A stretch of DNA of 64,000 nucleotides. Source: an uncultured Pseudomonadota bacterium (GTDB lineage: Bacteria; Vulcanimicrobiota; Vulcanimicrobiia; Eremiobacterales; Eremiobacteraceae). The stretch covers positions 1,728,001 to 1,792,000 of the forward strand of contig CAVTNB010000001.1 of the NCBI GenBank assembly GCA_963736005.1, given 5' to 3'. Below, piece after piece: positions 40,518 to 50,007 of this stretch. Position numbers and translations under genes: made by a program. Within the stretch, counting starts at the first letter, position 1. Every line of letters starts with the position of its first letter. The notes under the pieces are model-generated. The model did not search any database and had not been told where the DNA came from. It was given only the letters and a program-made list of their open reading frames with translations.

Positions 40518-41465
40518 TTATTTATGTTTCTCGCGGAGCGTTCGGCGTGCCTCTTCTTTGGGTGCAACACCCTCGTCAAATAGCGCACTCGTCCAAGGCA
40601 GTCCAAGTACATCTCGCGTGACAGCGCGACCGATATCTCGCTGCGGCATCCCTGTCAGCAACATCAGATAGCTCCAAGCGGCCACGCGATCCTCCGGTGT
40701 CAGCGCTTGGCGCCGCAACCGTCGCTCGGCCGCCGCAATCTCGAACTGCCAGCGTGTCAGCAGGCGCTGCCGAGTGCGTTCGTACGCGCCCGCTTTGAAG
40801 TTTGGGAGCGAAACTCGAAGTGCTCGTGCGCGGAGCCACGGGGCTTGCATGAGTGCTCGTTCGATCGTCGCCTCTTCTTTGGTGCGACGCGCCCCAGCGC
40901 ACGGTGCGCACAACGAAGCTGTTGCTGATTCCGGCATAAAACGTCGCTGGCATGCTGTGCAGCATCGCCAACCAGCTCGGTCGCGCCAATCGTTGAGCGT
41001 TCGCTGCAATTGGGCGAGGCGCGCAACCGTAGCGCCCGCATCTTCTTCCCCGCCCGCGTGTGGCCCGTGTGTGAGCGGTGCGTGAACGTTGTGCGAGTCT
41101 TTGAGGGTTGTGGTACGCCCGCGAAAGCGCGCTCCCTCAAGCAGCAGTTTGGTTCGGCCGCTCGCGACCATAAAACGCAATCGACGAAGGTTTGCCTCTG
41201 GAACGGCGCGGCGCAGTGCTTCGATGATGGTCGGAGCCAAGAAGGTCAATTCATCGCTCCACGCGCTGCTGGCCGTTAGGATCGTGAGGACGCCTGCGTG
41301 CAACTTCGTCGGCCGGCTGCGCAAAGCGATCTGACCACCAACCGCTCGTTCCCACGCAGCGGCGAGCGCCGCGGCCGCATCATCGACGCTTGGCGCGGCT
41401 CGCTTCCCCACATCTTTGGAGTTCCAGCCCCCGAGCAGCAGCCCAAGAGCACGTGGGCCTTTCAT
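40518..41465 (-). CDS. dciA: DciA (DUF721) helicase-loading protein with C4 zinc ribbon and C-terminal extension
   Basis: W...VG..IA..SRP....G.L......SAWS.EL.F; CTAC and CAPC pairs; recF-X-gyrB position. Confidence 0.8.
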   Translation of the reverse strand: MKGPRALGLLLGGWNSKDVGKRAAPSVDDAAAALAAAWERAVGGQIALRSRPTKLHAGVLTILTASSAWSDELTFLAPTIIEALRRAVPEANLRRLRFMVASGRTKLLLEGARFRGRTTTLKDSHNVHAPLTHGPHAGGEEDAGATVARLAQLQRTLNDWRDRAGWRCCTACQRRFMPESATASLCAPCAGARRTKEEATIERALMQAPWLRARALRVSLPNFKAGAYERTRQRLLTRWQFEIAAAERRLRRQALTPEDRVAAWSYLMLLTGMPQRDIGRAVTRDVLGLPWTSALFDEGVAPKEEARRTLREKHK

Positions 41466-42592
41466 CCCGCCTTCACCGCGCCTGCATGCTGTACGTGTCC
41501 GGCCACAATTTCGTACACGCTTGCTGCCGTGTTCTCCGACAAGTCAGGCACGTCGGTCGAGGTGACGAAGGCTTGCTCGCAATCCTCGATGCTGCGCATG
41601 AACGCCTGGCGGCGTGCCGGATCTAATTCGGAGAGCACATCATCCAGCAACAAGAGCGGCGGTTCGCCGGTTGCCTGCGCAAGCAGTGCATATTCGGCTG
41701 CCTTCGTCGCCAGCACCGCCGTGCGCTGCTGGCCTTGCGAACCAAAGCGCGCGAGCGGCTCATCCCCAAGCAAGAAGTTCATATCGTCGCGGTGCGGACC
41801 GACAAGCGAGGTTCTGCGTGCGAGCTCCGCCGGCGCCTGCGCCTCAAGCGCGCTTTCAAGTCTCGCCAGAACCGCGCCGGGGGATTCGTCCCCTTCGGGC
41901 AGCGCCGGAGACGGTTGATAGCGCAGCGCAAGGGGGAGCGAAGCGCCCACCCATCGCGCGTGAACTTCTGCCGCTTCGTGGTCCAAACGGCGCACGTATC
42001 CCGCACGAGCGCAAATCAAGTGCGTTCCCACCGCGGCGAGCTGCGCGTTATACGTCGCCAGCAGCTTGCGATCGACCGCTGGCGCCGACTTGAGCAAAGC
42101 GTTCTTTTGCACGATGATTTTTGTGTATTTGGCATGCTCGCGGTAATACGTCCGCTCCAGTTGCGACAGCGCGGCATTGAGAAAGCGACGCCGCAACGCC
42201 GGCGCGCCGGAGACCAACTGCAAATCAAAGGGCATGAACGTGACCGCGGCGATCCCGCCGAGAAATTGCGCGTATGGCACCGAGCGCCCATTGCGCAAGA
42301 AGCGTTTGCGCGCTCCTTCGCCAACTCGCGTGATCAAGCACGCTGCGGTGACGTCGCCGGATCTCGTGCGCACCCGTGCGGCGACGCGCGCAAGCGGGCT
42401 GCCCGTGCGGATGAGATCGGTTTCGCGAGCCGCGCGAAACGATTTACCCGTGGCGAGCAGCGAGAGCGCCTCGAGCATATTGGACTTGCCTTGCGCATTT
42501 TGACCAATGAACATGCAAACGCCGCCCGGCGGTTCGAAATGCAGAGCGGCGTAATTACGAAAATTCGCTAGGTCGAGGCTGCACACGCGCAC
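41462..42592 (-). CDS. recF: DNA replication/repair protein RecF
   Basis: NFRNY, GQNAQGKSN, GPHRDD, SQGQQRT, LLLDDVLSELD. Confidence 0.97.
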   Translation of the reverse strand: MRVCSLDLANFRNYAALHFEPPGGVCMFIGQNAQGKSNMLEALSLLATGKSFRAARETDLIRTGSPLARVAARVRTRSGDVTAACLITRVGEGARKRFLRNGRSVPYAQFLGGIAAVTFMPFDLQLVSGAPALRRRFLNAALSQLERTYYREHAKYTKIIVQKNALLKSAPAVDRKLLATYNAQLAAVGTHLICARAGYVRRLDHEAAEVHARWVGASLPLALRYQPSPALPEGDESPGAVLARLESALEAQAPAELARRTSLVGPHRDDMNFLLGDEPLARFGSQGQQRTAVLATKAAEYALLAQATGEPPLLLLDDVLSELDPARRQAFMRSIEDCEQAFVTSTDVPDLSENTAASVYEIVAGHVQHAGAVKAG

Positions 42593-42598
42593 CGCGCG

Positions 42599-43712
42599 TT
42601 ATTGGCGCAGCGGCATGAGGATGTAGAGCTGGCGCTCCGCCGCTTTTTGATCGCCGGGATGAATTGCAGCTGGATTGAGCGCGCCGACAAACTCGAGCGT
42701 CACAGTTTCCGCTTCGATGTGGTTGAGAATCTCTACGAGGAACTTTGCGTTGAACGCGATGGTGAGGGGATCGCCCGTGCGCTCGACGTCGATTTCTTCG
42801 TAGGCATTGCCGGTCGTGTCCGAACTGGCAGTGATGACGAGGCTCGTGCCATCCATGGCAAGCTTCACCATGCTCGCGCGGTCGCCGGCCACAACGCCGG
42901 CGCGGCGCAAGCTTGCAAGCAGTTGTGCAGTGCTGGCAACGACTTTCTTGTCGAACTCTTTGGGTATGACTTGTTGGTAGTTGGGATACTGACCATCCAC
43001 CAAACGCGCGCTGATTTTTGCGTCACCAGTGTGGAAGGCGAGTTGGTTGGCCTGGCCGCCAATGACGGTGGCTTCGATCTGCCCTTCGTTCGCCGTGCGC
43101 ACAACCTCACCGAGTCCTCGCGCCGGCACAATCAGCTTCATCGGTTCCTTGACCGGTTCTGCCAAAGCAAGCCGGTAGCGTGCGAGGCGGTATCCATCGG
43201 TTGCAACGAGTGTGGCATGCGTGCCCTCAAGCTCGAGCAAGGTGCCCATGAGCACGGCGCCGCGCGCTTCCTCGCTGCTTGCAGCGAAGGTTACCGCGTT
43301 GACCGCCTCGCGGAAGGCCTTGGCCTCCACCCGAAACATGCCGCTGCTTTGCCCTTCGGGCAGCGGTGGAAATTCTTGCGCGGGCAGGGTGAAAAATTCG
43401 TAATTCGAGCGTTCGCATCGCAGCGTTGCCCGACTCGTCGTCCCCTGCATTTGCAATTTGGCCGCTGGCAAGTTGCCGAGGTAGCCCGCTAAACAGCCGT
43501 GCCGGCACCGTGCACGAGCCCTCCTCCTGCACTTCGGCAGCGATGGAATTCTCAAGCGTCAGTTCGAGATCGGTGGCGCGCACGCTCACGCGCCCGCTTC
43601 GGGCTGTAACGAGCACGTTGTTGAGAATGGGAACGGTCGTATGTGCGTTGACGACCTTGCTGGCAACGGCAACCGCTGCGGCAATGTCCTTTGCGTTACA
43701 GGTGAATTTCAT
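42599..43712 (-). CDS. dnaN: DNA polymerase III beta clamp, split by a one-base frameshift near 43485-43487
   Basis: Frame 1 MKFTC...ATDLE...VPARLFSG; frame 2 YLGNLP...ATDGYRL...YPNYQQVIP...ILMPLR; removing one G from AGCGGGCTAC joins them. Confidence 0.93.
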
Positions 43713-43752
43713 CCAGACCCCTCGGCGCTATACACAAGACGAAAGCGCCGTT

Positions 43753-43960
43753 CATTAGTATGAGAGAGAAATAATAACTCGTCGTCTCTAGTCATAGGCC
43801 CGTGAATAGCGTGGACTGGGCAACGAGCACACGTGTCGTATGGGTTCGCGCTGCGGTTGTGGTGTTCACGAAGTGGGCTGCTTATCCACGTCCTTCACAC
43901 TCCTGCACCATACCGCGCATGTGTGCCTTTTTCATCCACGCCATCCTCACGTTCTCCACC
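43753..43960. other. oriC unwinding half (dnaA-dnaN intergenic): DnaA boxes, GGCC, trio-like repeats, AT-rich tract
   Basis: Minus strand CAGTCCACG CTATTCACG GGCC TAT GAC TAG A GAC GAC GAG TTATTATT; further boxes TTATCCACG 43882, TCATCCACG 43932, TTCTCCACC 43952. Confidence 0.82.
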
Positions 43961-43980
43961 TCACGTGGGGATGGCAGCAA

Positions 43981-45393
43981 TCACCCGTCCTGCGTGATGG
44001 TTGAGAGCACCGAGCGAAGCTTGCTGCGGAACTCCGGATCTCGCTCCATCTGCCCCTTGACCTTATCGCGAGCGTACATCACGGTGGTGTGGTCTTTCTT
44101 GCCAAACTCCCGGGCTATCTGGGGCAGGGAGGCATTGGTGAGGTCGCATGCCAGATACATCGCGATTTGCCGGGGTACCGTCAAGCGCTGGTCGCGCCGC
44201 TGACCCTCCAGCTCCTTTTGGGTGATGCCGTGGAACTTGGCCACCTTGTCCTTAATGAGGGAAATCGTTACTTTGCGCAAGGGCATTTCGTTGATCTCGT
44301 TGCGCAAAACGTCGGCTGCCAGTTCCACCGTCAGCGGCTGTTTATACAGCGACGCATACGCGGTGAGCTTGATGAGCGCTCCCTCGAGCTGGCGGATGTT
44401 CGACGGGATGATTTTGGCGATGTACGAGGTGACTTCGTGCGGCACATCGATCCCGTCGCTCTCTGCCTTCTTGCGCAGGATCGCCTCGCGCGTTTCCAAG
44501 TCGGGTGACTGAATGTCGGTCAGCAGCCCCCACTCGAACCTCGAACGGAGTCGATTCTCCAGTGTCTGGATGTCCTTCGGCGGCCGGTCGCTGGAGATGA
44601 CGAGTTGCTTTTGGGCTTCGTGCAGCGTGTTGAATGTATGGAAGAACTCTTCTTGGGTCTGCTCCTTGCCTTCGAGAAATTGAATGTCATCGATCAGGAG
44701 CACGTCAACCGTGCGATACCGGTTGCGAAACTCGACGGTTTGGTTGTTCTTGATGGCCGTGATAAATTCGTTGGTGAACGTCTCCGAGGAAACGTAGACG
44801 ACCCGCGACCGCGGATCGGCCTGGCGCGCGCGATGTCCGATGGCGTGCATGAGGTGCGTCTTGCCCAGTCCTACCGCACCGTAGATGAAGAGTGGATTGT
44901 ACGCATGGGCGGGGGCTTCGGCCACTGCTTGCGCCGCCGCGTGGGCGAACCGGTTTGTCGCCCCCACGACGAACTGCTCGAAAGTGTAGCGCTCGTTGAG
45001 CCCAGTATGGCGGAAGTCATCATGCGCAGCGGGGATCGCCGGCGCAAGAGGCAACGCGCTATGCGCTTCAAGGGCAATCGGCGCTTGGAAAGACGCATTG
45101 CCGGGCGCGTCATCTGACACGACGGATTCATCGATGACGAAACGCACTGAGATAGGCGACCCGATGATTTCAGCGAGGGTTCCGACGATCGTGCTCTTCA
45201 AACGATTCTCCGCCCAGTCTTTTGCGAAGGCGTTTTGCACGGTGAGCGTCACCTCGTCGGTGGACAGGTTCTCGATGCGCATGGGTTTGATCCACATCTC
45301 AAAGATGGGCTTAGAGAATCGGCTCTCAAGTTCTCCAAGGCAACTCTGCCACAAATACTCCCCTTTTGTCTGGAGGGCGGTTGCAGTTTCCAT
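43981..45393 (-). CDS. dnaA: Chromosomal replication initiator DnaA
   Basis: YNPLFIYGAVGLGKTHLM, LLIDDIQF, RLRSRF, RQIAMYL, KDHTTVM. Confidence 0.99.
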   Translation of the reverse strand: METATALQTKGEYLWQSCLGELESRFSKPIFEMWIKPMRIENLSTDEVTLTVQNAFAKDWAENRLKSTIVGTLAEIIGSPISVRFVIDESVVSDDAPGNASFQAPIALEAHSALPLAPAIPAAHDDFRHTGLNERYTFEQFVVGATNRFAHAAAQAVAEAPAHAYNPLFIYGAVGLGKTHLMHAIGHRARQADPRSRVVYVSSETFTNEFITAIKNNQTVEFRNRYRTVDVLLIDDIQFLEGKEQTQEEFFHTFNTLHEAQKQLVISSDRPPKDIQTLENRLRSRFEWGLLTDIQSPDLETREAILRKKAESDGIDVPHEVTSYIAKIIPSNIRQLEGALIKLTAYASLYKQPLTVELAADVLRNEINEMPLRKVTISLIKDKVAKFHGITQKELEGQRRDQRLTVPRQIAMYLACDLTNASLPQIAREFGKKDHTTVMYARDKVKGQMERDPEFRSKLRSVLSTITQDG

Positions 45394-45527
45394 GGACAGT
45401 CCTTCTACTTCTTCTCTTGAGTTGTGCGGAAAAAAATTTTCGAACCGTCGTGTAGGCGGATCTTGCTTTAGGGCCTCGCGCGTTTGCGTTGAAAAAAGCG
45501 TATTCCTTCAGCGCTGCGCAACTTTCT

Positions 45528-45877
45528 TTATGCACATATGCACAGCGTGCACGTGTTGTGTGTGGATAGCGAGCGCACGCTCACGCGCGAGCCCTTGCAT
45601 GGCGCGAATTTGCAATTCCAGTGAAGCGGACAACGTTCCAGGATGGAGCCAACGCGCAAGGCCATGTGAAAACTGGAACTTGTTGGCCGAAAGCAGCGCC
45701 CCACGGTGAGGAGCACGTATTGCCCGCGCGTGCAAAATGGCTATTCACAGGCTTATACACAGGTGTGAATAGCGGTTTTTCACCGCATCAGAAAACCGAT
45801 CAAAGCCTTGCGGTATAAAGGTTTGAGCGAAAACTCGCTCTTTTTCGAGTGCTCGGTTCATGCACTGCCTGTCCACC
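45528..45877. promoter_or_regulatory. DnaA-box cluster upstream of dnaA (second half of a bipartite oriC, dnaA autoregulation)
   Basis: TTATGCACA 45528, ATATGCACA 45536, TGTGGATAG 45561, CTATTCACA 45741, TTATACACA 45753, TGTGAATAG 45764, CTGTCCACC 45869; gene orientation switches here. Confidence 0.85.
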
Positions 45878-46016
45878 GCTTGCCGCCCGCCAAAAGGCTC
45901 GCAGCGACGCCGCTCGCTTGCTCGACCAAAGGGAGAGCTGTGGGCGACTTTTTCGGCAAGCCCTGCGCCGGCAGCATCGCAAAATGGCGGCAAAGCCGCA
46001 TGAAATCGTAAAAGAG

Positions 46017-46046
46017 TTGACGCGTGCGCCAAAGCCGCCCTATAAT
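46017..46046 (+). promoter_or_regulatory. Sigma70-type promoter of the rpmH operon
   Basis: TTGACG-N18-TATAAT. Confidence 0.75.
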
Positions 46047-46117
46047 AAACAATTGCTTTTGCGCCGAGGCGCATTTTTTGTTCTCACAATCCCGCACGAA
46101 TTTGGGAGTTTGGTTTC

Positions 46118-46255
46118 TTGAAACGAACCTATCAACCGCACAACCGCAGACGCAAGCGCACTCATGGTTTCCAAGCTCGCATGTCGAGCCAGGGCGGAAG
46201 ACGAGTGCTCGCCGCGCGCCGGCGCAAAGGGCGCAAGCGGCTCACCCCCGATTAG
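46118..46255 (+). CDS. rpmH: 50S ribosomal protein L34
   Basis: Manual translation (absent from the ORF track): [45 protein letters not shown]. Confidence 0.97.
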   Translation: MKRTYQPHNRRRKRTHGFQARMSSQGGRRVLAARRRKGRKRLTPD

Positions 46256-46258
46256 GGC

Positions 46259-46633
46259 GTGCGCCGGTACAGCAGTCTCCGTGGCCGGCGTGAATTTGCG
46301 CTCGTGCTTCGTCGCGGCCGGCCTTCTTCGACGAAACATCTCGTTGTCTTTGTGCTCGCGCCACGCGGGTCCAGCGTGCCATCGAAAATCGGCATCGTGA
46401 TTACCAAGAAAGTTGGTAAGGCGGTGGAGCGCAACCGTCTGCGCCGGCGCTGTAAAGCGATCCTCGATGAAACAGCCGCCGCCGCCATCGGCATGTGGTT
46501 GGTCGTCCAATGCAAGCCGACGGCGGCAGCCTTGACGTTTGCGGAGCTGCGGGAACAGCTCAAAGCCACGCTGCAAGAGAGTTTGCGGCGAGCGGGCAAG
46601 GCGTCGGCGGCTCGCGAATCTATCCGCCGATGA
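46259..46633 (+). CDS. rnpA: Ribonuclease P protein component
   Basis: [18 protein letters not shown] motif; follows rpmH. Confidence 0.95.
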   Translation: MRRYSSLRGRREFALVLRRGRPSSTKHLVVFVLAPRGSSVPSKIGIVITKKVGKAVERNRLRRRCKAILDETAAAAIGMWLVVQCKPTAAALTFAELREQLKATLQESLRRAGKASAARESIRR

Positions 46634-46836
46634 GCATACTCGTGGGCGGGATCCGGCTTTACCAGCGGACATTGTCGAAATTGTTGCCGCCGGTCTGTCG
46701 ATTTTATCCGAGCTGCTCCGAGTACGCCGTGCAAGCGCTGCAGCGCCACGGCGCGCTCCAAGGTTTGAAACTCGCCGGCCTGCGACTTTTGCGATGCATG
46801 CCCTGGCATCCCGGAGGCTTCGACCCGGTTCCATAA
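46630..46836 (+). CDS. yidD: Membrane protein insertion efficiency factor YidD
   Basis: [11 protein letters not shown]...HG...G...[20 protein letters not shown] overlap. Confidence 0.95.
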   Translation: MSILVGGIRLYQRTLSKLLPPVCRFYPSCSEYAVQALQRHGALQGLKLAGLRLLRCMPWHPGGFDPVP

Positions 46837-46869
46837 GGAAGCCGAGTTAGGAAAGGAACGCCCCTACTT

Positions 46870-47856
46870 TTGCTCCATATCGTTGGCCTGATAGCCGTCG
46901 CTTCCAGCGGCCACTTTCTGACGCTTGCCAGCCTCGTCAATCCATTTACCCAGCTCATCAACAGCCTCGGGTCGATCGCCTCATGGGGTCTCGATGCGCT
47001 CTATCGGCTGACGCACAACTACGGCTGGTCCATGATGCTGCTCGCCTTGGCCGTGTCGTTGCTCTTGCTCCCGCTTTCGCTGCAGGCGCTCAAGTCAATG
47101 ACCGAAGCCCAAGCGCTCGCGCCATATTTGAAACGCCTCCAGCAGCGCTACAAGGGCGACCGCCAAAAACTCGGCGAGGAGCAGATGAAACTCTATCGCG
47201 AGCACGGCGTCAACCCGCTGGGTGGCTGTCTACCGATGCTCGCGCAGTATCCGTTCCTGCTCGCCGTGTACCGAGCGATCTATTTGCACAACACGGCCTT
47301 TCAAAACGCCACGTGGCTGTGGATTGGCTCGCCGCTCTCGCACCACTTTCCCAAGTGGCTCGGCACCAATCTCTTTCAGCCGGATTATATTCTCCTGGTC
47401 ATTTACGCGGTGTCCATGTATTTCTCGATGAAGCTGACGCCGACCGTTTCGATGGACGATCAACAGCGGCAAATGATGAATACGCAGGCATTTATCATGC
47501 CCGTCATGATTTTTTTCCTCGCGAGCCGTCTGCACTGGTCGTCCGCGTTCATCCTGTATTGGCTGAGCTTCAACGTGCTCAGCATGGCGGAGCGTTTCTG
47601 GGTCATGAAAATGCCCTCGCGCATCCCGAAGCCGCCGGAAGAAACCCCGGCAACGTTGGCCGGCTATCCGCATGACTGCCCACAATGCAAAGCGCAGTTG
47701 GTCGTCGTCAAAGGCAGCAAGTGCGAAGCGTGCGGCGCAAAGGTCCGCAAGCTCCAGCCGTCGGATAACGGCGCCCGGCGCAAACAAAATACACTGGCAC
47801 CCGATACGGCGGCGGGTGCGCGTTCCATTGATCGAGGCCAAAAGAAACAATCATGA
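46870..47856 (+). CDS. yidC: YidC/Oxa1 membrane insertase (short type) with C-terminal C4 zinc-ribbon-like tail
   Basis: NYGWS, KLYREHGVNPLGGCLP..Q.P, LYW; tail CPQC...CEAC. Confidence 0.93.
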   Translation: MLHIVGLIAVASSGHFLTLASLVNPFTQLINSLGSIASWGLDALYRLTHNYGWSMMLLALAVSLLLLPLSLQALKSMTEAQALAPYLKRLQQRYKGDRQKLGEEQMKLYREHGVNPLGGCLPMLAQYPFLLAVYRAIYLHNTAFQNATWLWIGSPLSHHFPKWLGTNLFQPDYILLVIYAVSMYFSMKLTPTVSMDDQQRQMMNTQAFIMPVMIFFLASRLHWSSAFILYWLSFNVLSMAERFWVMKMPSRIPKPPEETPATLAGYPHDCPQCKAQLVVVKGSKCEACGAKVRKLQPSDNGARRKQNTLAPDTAAGARSIDRGQKKQS

Positions 47857-48542
47857 ACGGTTATGGAGAAGGGCCGCCAGGTTTTGGGCGGCCGCAGCGT
47901 CGACGGTCGACTCAGCGCAGAGGTCCCGTGGGGAACGGCGGTCGCCATCCAGTGCCGCCGCGCAAGCAAACCTGTCCTCCCGAGCTGCGCGACTCGTTTG
48001 TCGAAGCTCGTGATTTTTTGGCAGGTTTGATCGCAGCCCTTGGATTGCCGGCGCGGCTTGGCTTTGGGGGCGTGGATGCGGCTCGCGACGGGCGGCAAAT
48101 TACCATCGACATTCACGCGCTTGCACCCACAAGTCCCGCGCAGTTTTCGGAACACGATCCGCATGACGACGGTCTCGCTATTCTCATCGGCAAGCACGGC
48201 GCCACGCTCGATGCGCTGTCCGCTGTCACGAACGCGGTGATGCATCGCGGGGACTCCAGAGAATTGTTTTTTGCAGTTGACGTCGAGGGGTACCGCGCTC
48301 GTCGCGTTGCGACGCTGCGCTCCATCGCAGTGCGCTGCGCGACCAAAGTGGTGCACGAGCGCGTCGCGGTCGAGCTCGAACCGATGCCGCCCGCGGAGCG
48401 GCGCATCATTCATTTGGCGCTCGCCGCACACCGCGACGTCGCAACCGAAAGCACGGGCGAGGGTCGTGACCGCCGCGTCGTGATCATGCCGAGAGGAAGC
48501 AGCTTGCCGCCGCCAGACGAGGACGACGAAGACCTCCGCTAG
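47853..48542 (+). CDS. jag: Jag/KhpB RNA-binding protein (KH and R3H)
   Basis: LIGKHGATLDAL, DVEGYR, LEPM...ERRIIH, TESTGEG.DRRVVI. Confidence 0.9.
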   Translation: MNGYGEGPPGFGRPQRRRSTQRRGPVGNGGRHPVPPRKQTCPPELRDSFVEARDFLAGLIAALGLPARLGFGGVDAARDGRQITIDIHALAPTSPAQFSEHDPHDDGLAILIGKHGATLDALSAVTNAVMHRGDSRELFFAVDVEGYRARRVATLRSIAVRCATKVVHERVAVELEPMPPAERRIIHLALAAHRDVATESTGEGRDRRVVIMPRGSSLPPPDEDDEDLR

Positions 48543-48547
48543 CCTAG

Positions 48548-49951
48548 ATGCGGAACGCTGCAAGCGACGCGGATACGATTGCGGCGGTTGCGACGCCTCC
48601 AGGCGTTTCCGCCGTTTCTATTATTCGTATTTCCGGTCCACGCGCTCATGAGATCGCCCGCGCATGTTTTGTGCCCCGCTCGCATGCCGATTCTCCATCG
48701 CAAGCGCGCCTGCAGCGCGGCTGGGTTTGCGATCCGCACAACGGCGACCGCATCGACGATGCACTCGCCGCTCACTTCTTTGCACCCCGATCGTTCACCG
48801 GTGAAGATGTCGTTGAACTGCACGTGCATGGTGGCGCGGGAGTTATTTCGTCGTGCCTGACGGTGGTCTTGCGCTTGGGCGCACACTTGGCTGCGCCAGG
48901 CGAATTTACCAAACGCGCATTTCTCAACGGACGGATTGATCTCGCGCAAGCCGAAGCGGTCGCGGATCTCATTGCTGCGGAAAGCGAACGCGCCGCAAAG
49001 GCGGCGGCTCACCGGCTAGCAGGCGAGGTTGGGGCCAGCTTGCGCGCGGTGCGCGAGCAGCTCCTCGACCGGCTGGTTGAGATCGAAGCACACGTCGATT
49101 ATCCAGATGAAGTCGCGCACCCTGATATCGCAGCCCTCGCGGCCACCCTTGCGGTGCAACACGAACGCATTTGCGCACTGCTTTCGGGTTCACGCGCAGC
49201 CCGCATTCTTCGCGATGGCATCGCGTGCGTGATCGCCGGTCCGCCGAATGCGGGAAAGTCATCGCTGCTCAATGCCCTGTTGCAGGCGGAGCGCGCAATC
49301 GTTTCGGAAGTCCCGGGCACAACGCGCGATGTCATCGAGGATCGCATTGTCGTGGACGGCGTTGTCTTGCGCTTGTTCGATACTGCGGGGTTGCGCACGA
49401 CCTGCGATCGCGTTGAAGCGGAAGGGGTCACGCGAGCCGGGCGGGCGATCGACGCGGCAGAACTTGTGATTGCAGTCATCGATGGATCGAAAAAGCTCGA
49501 CGCCAATGCAGAAACTGCACTTGAGCAGACCAAAGATTTACCGCGGATCGTGCTGTGTAACAAACTCGATCTTGGATCGGCCGGTTTCGACGATATAGAG
49601 CAACGCTTTGCAAGTCTCACGCATGGCGCAAACGGCGAGGCCTTTATCGCGGGCAGTGTGATGTGGCCCGCAACCATCGAAGAGATTCGAAAGGCGATCG
49701 CTAGCCTAGGTTGGGGTGGCGCAATCGATGCGAACGCAGCACTCGTTGCCAATGCACGGCAGATCGAGGCCCTCACCCGGGCGCAAGAGTCGCTTGGCGA
49801 TGCCCTTGCGACGATCGAGCATGCACAGCCGATCGACATGGTCTGCCTCGACTTGCGTGCGGCGATCGCGGCGTGCGGCGAAGTCTCGGGGGACACGGTC
49901 ACCGAGGAAGTCCTAGACGGTATCTTCTCGCGCTTTTGCGTGGGTAAATAA
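48548..49951 (+). CDS. mnmE: tRNA modification GTPase MnmE
   Basis: [48 protein letters not shown]. Confidence 0.98.
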   Translation: MRNAASDADTIAAVATPPGVSAVSIIRISGPRAHEIARACFVPRSHADSPSQARLQRGWVCDPHNGDRIDDALAAHFFAPRSFTGEDVVELHVHGGAGVISSCLTVVLRLGAHLAAPGEFTKRAFLNGRIDLAQAEAVADLIAAESERAAKAAAHRLAGEVGASLRAVREQLLDRLVEIEAHVDYPDEVAHPDIAALAATLAVQHERICALLSGSRAARILRDGIACVIAGPPNAGKSSLLNALLQAERAIVSEVPGTTRDVIEDRIVVDGVVLRLFDTAGLRTTCDRVEAEGVTRAGRAIDAAELVIAVIDGSKKLDANAETALEQTKDLPRIVLCNKLDLGSAGFDDIEQRFASLTHGANGEAFIAGSVMWPATIEEIRKAIASLGWGGAIDANAALVANARQIEALTRAQESLGDALATIEHAQPIDMVCLDLRAAIAACGEVSGDTVTEEVLDGIFSRFCVGK

Positions 49952-49966
49952 ACTTAGGCGCACATG

Positions 49967-50007
49967 CGCTGCTACAGAGGCCGCTGCTACAGAGGTCCGC
50001 TGCTACA
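49967..50007. repeat. Three tandem half-copies of the REP-like element
   Basis: CGCTGCTACA three times, separated by GAGGC and GAGGTC; matches the right arm of the 6856 and 40438 elements. Confidence 0.7.

Noticed and set aside
43802..44203. 133-aa plus-strand ORF across the dnaA-dnaN spacer
   Set aside because: Overlaps oriC boxes and dnaA antisense; no recognisable protein features
49967..50007. Mini CRISPR array
   Set aside because: 10-nt repeats with 5-6 nt linkers are far too short, and there are no cas genes
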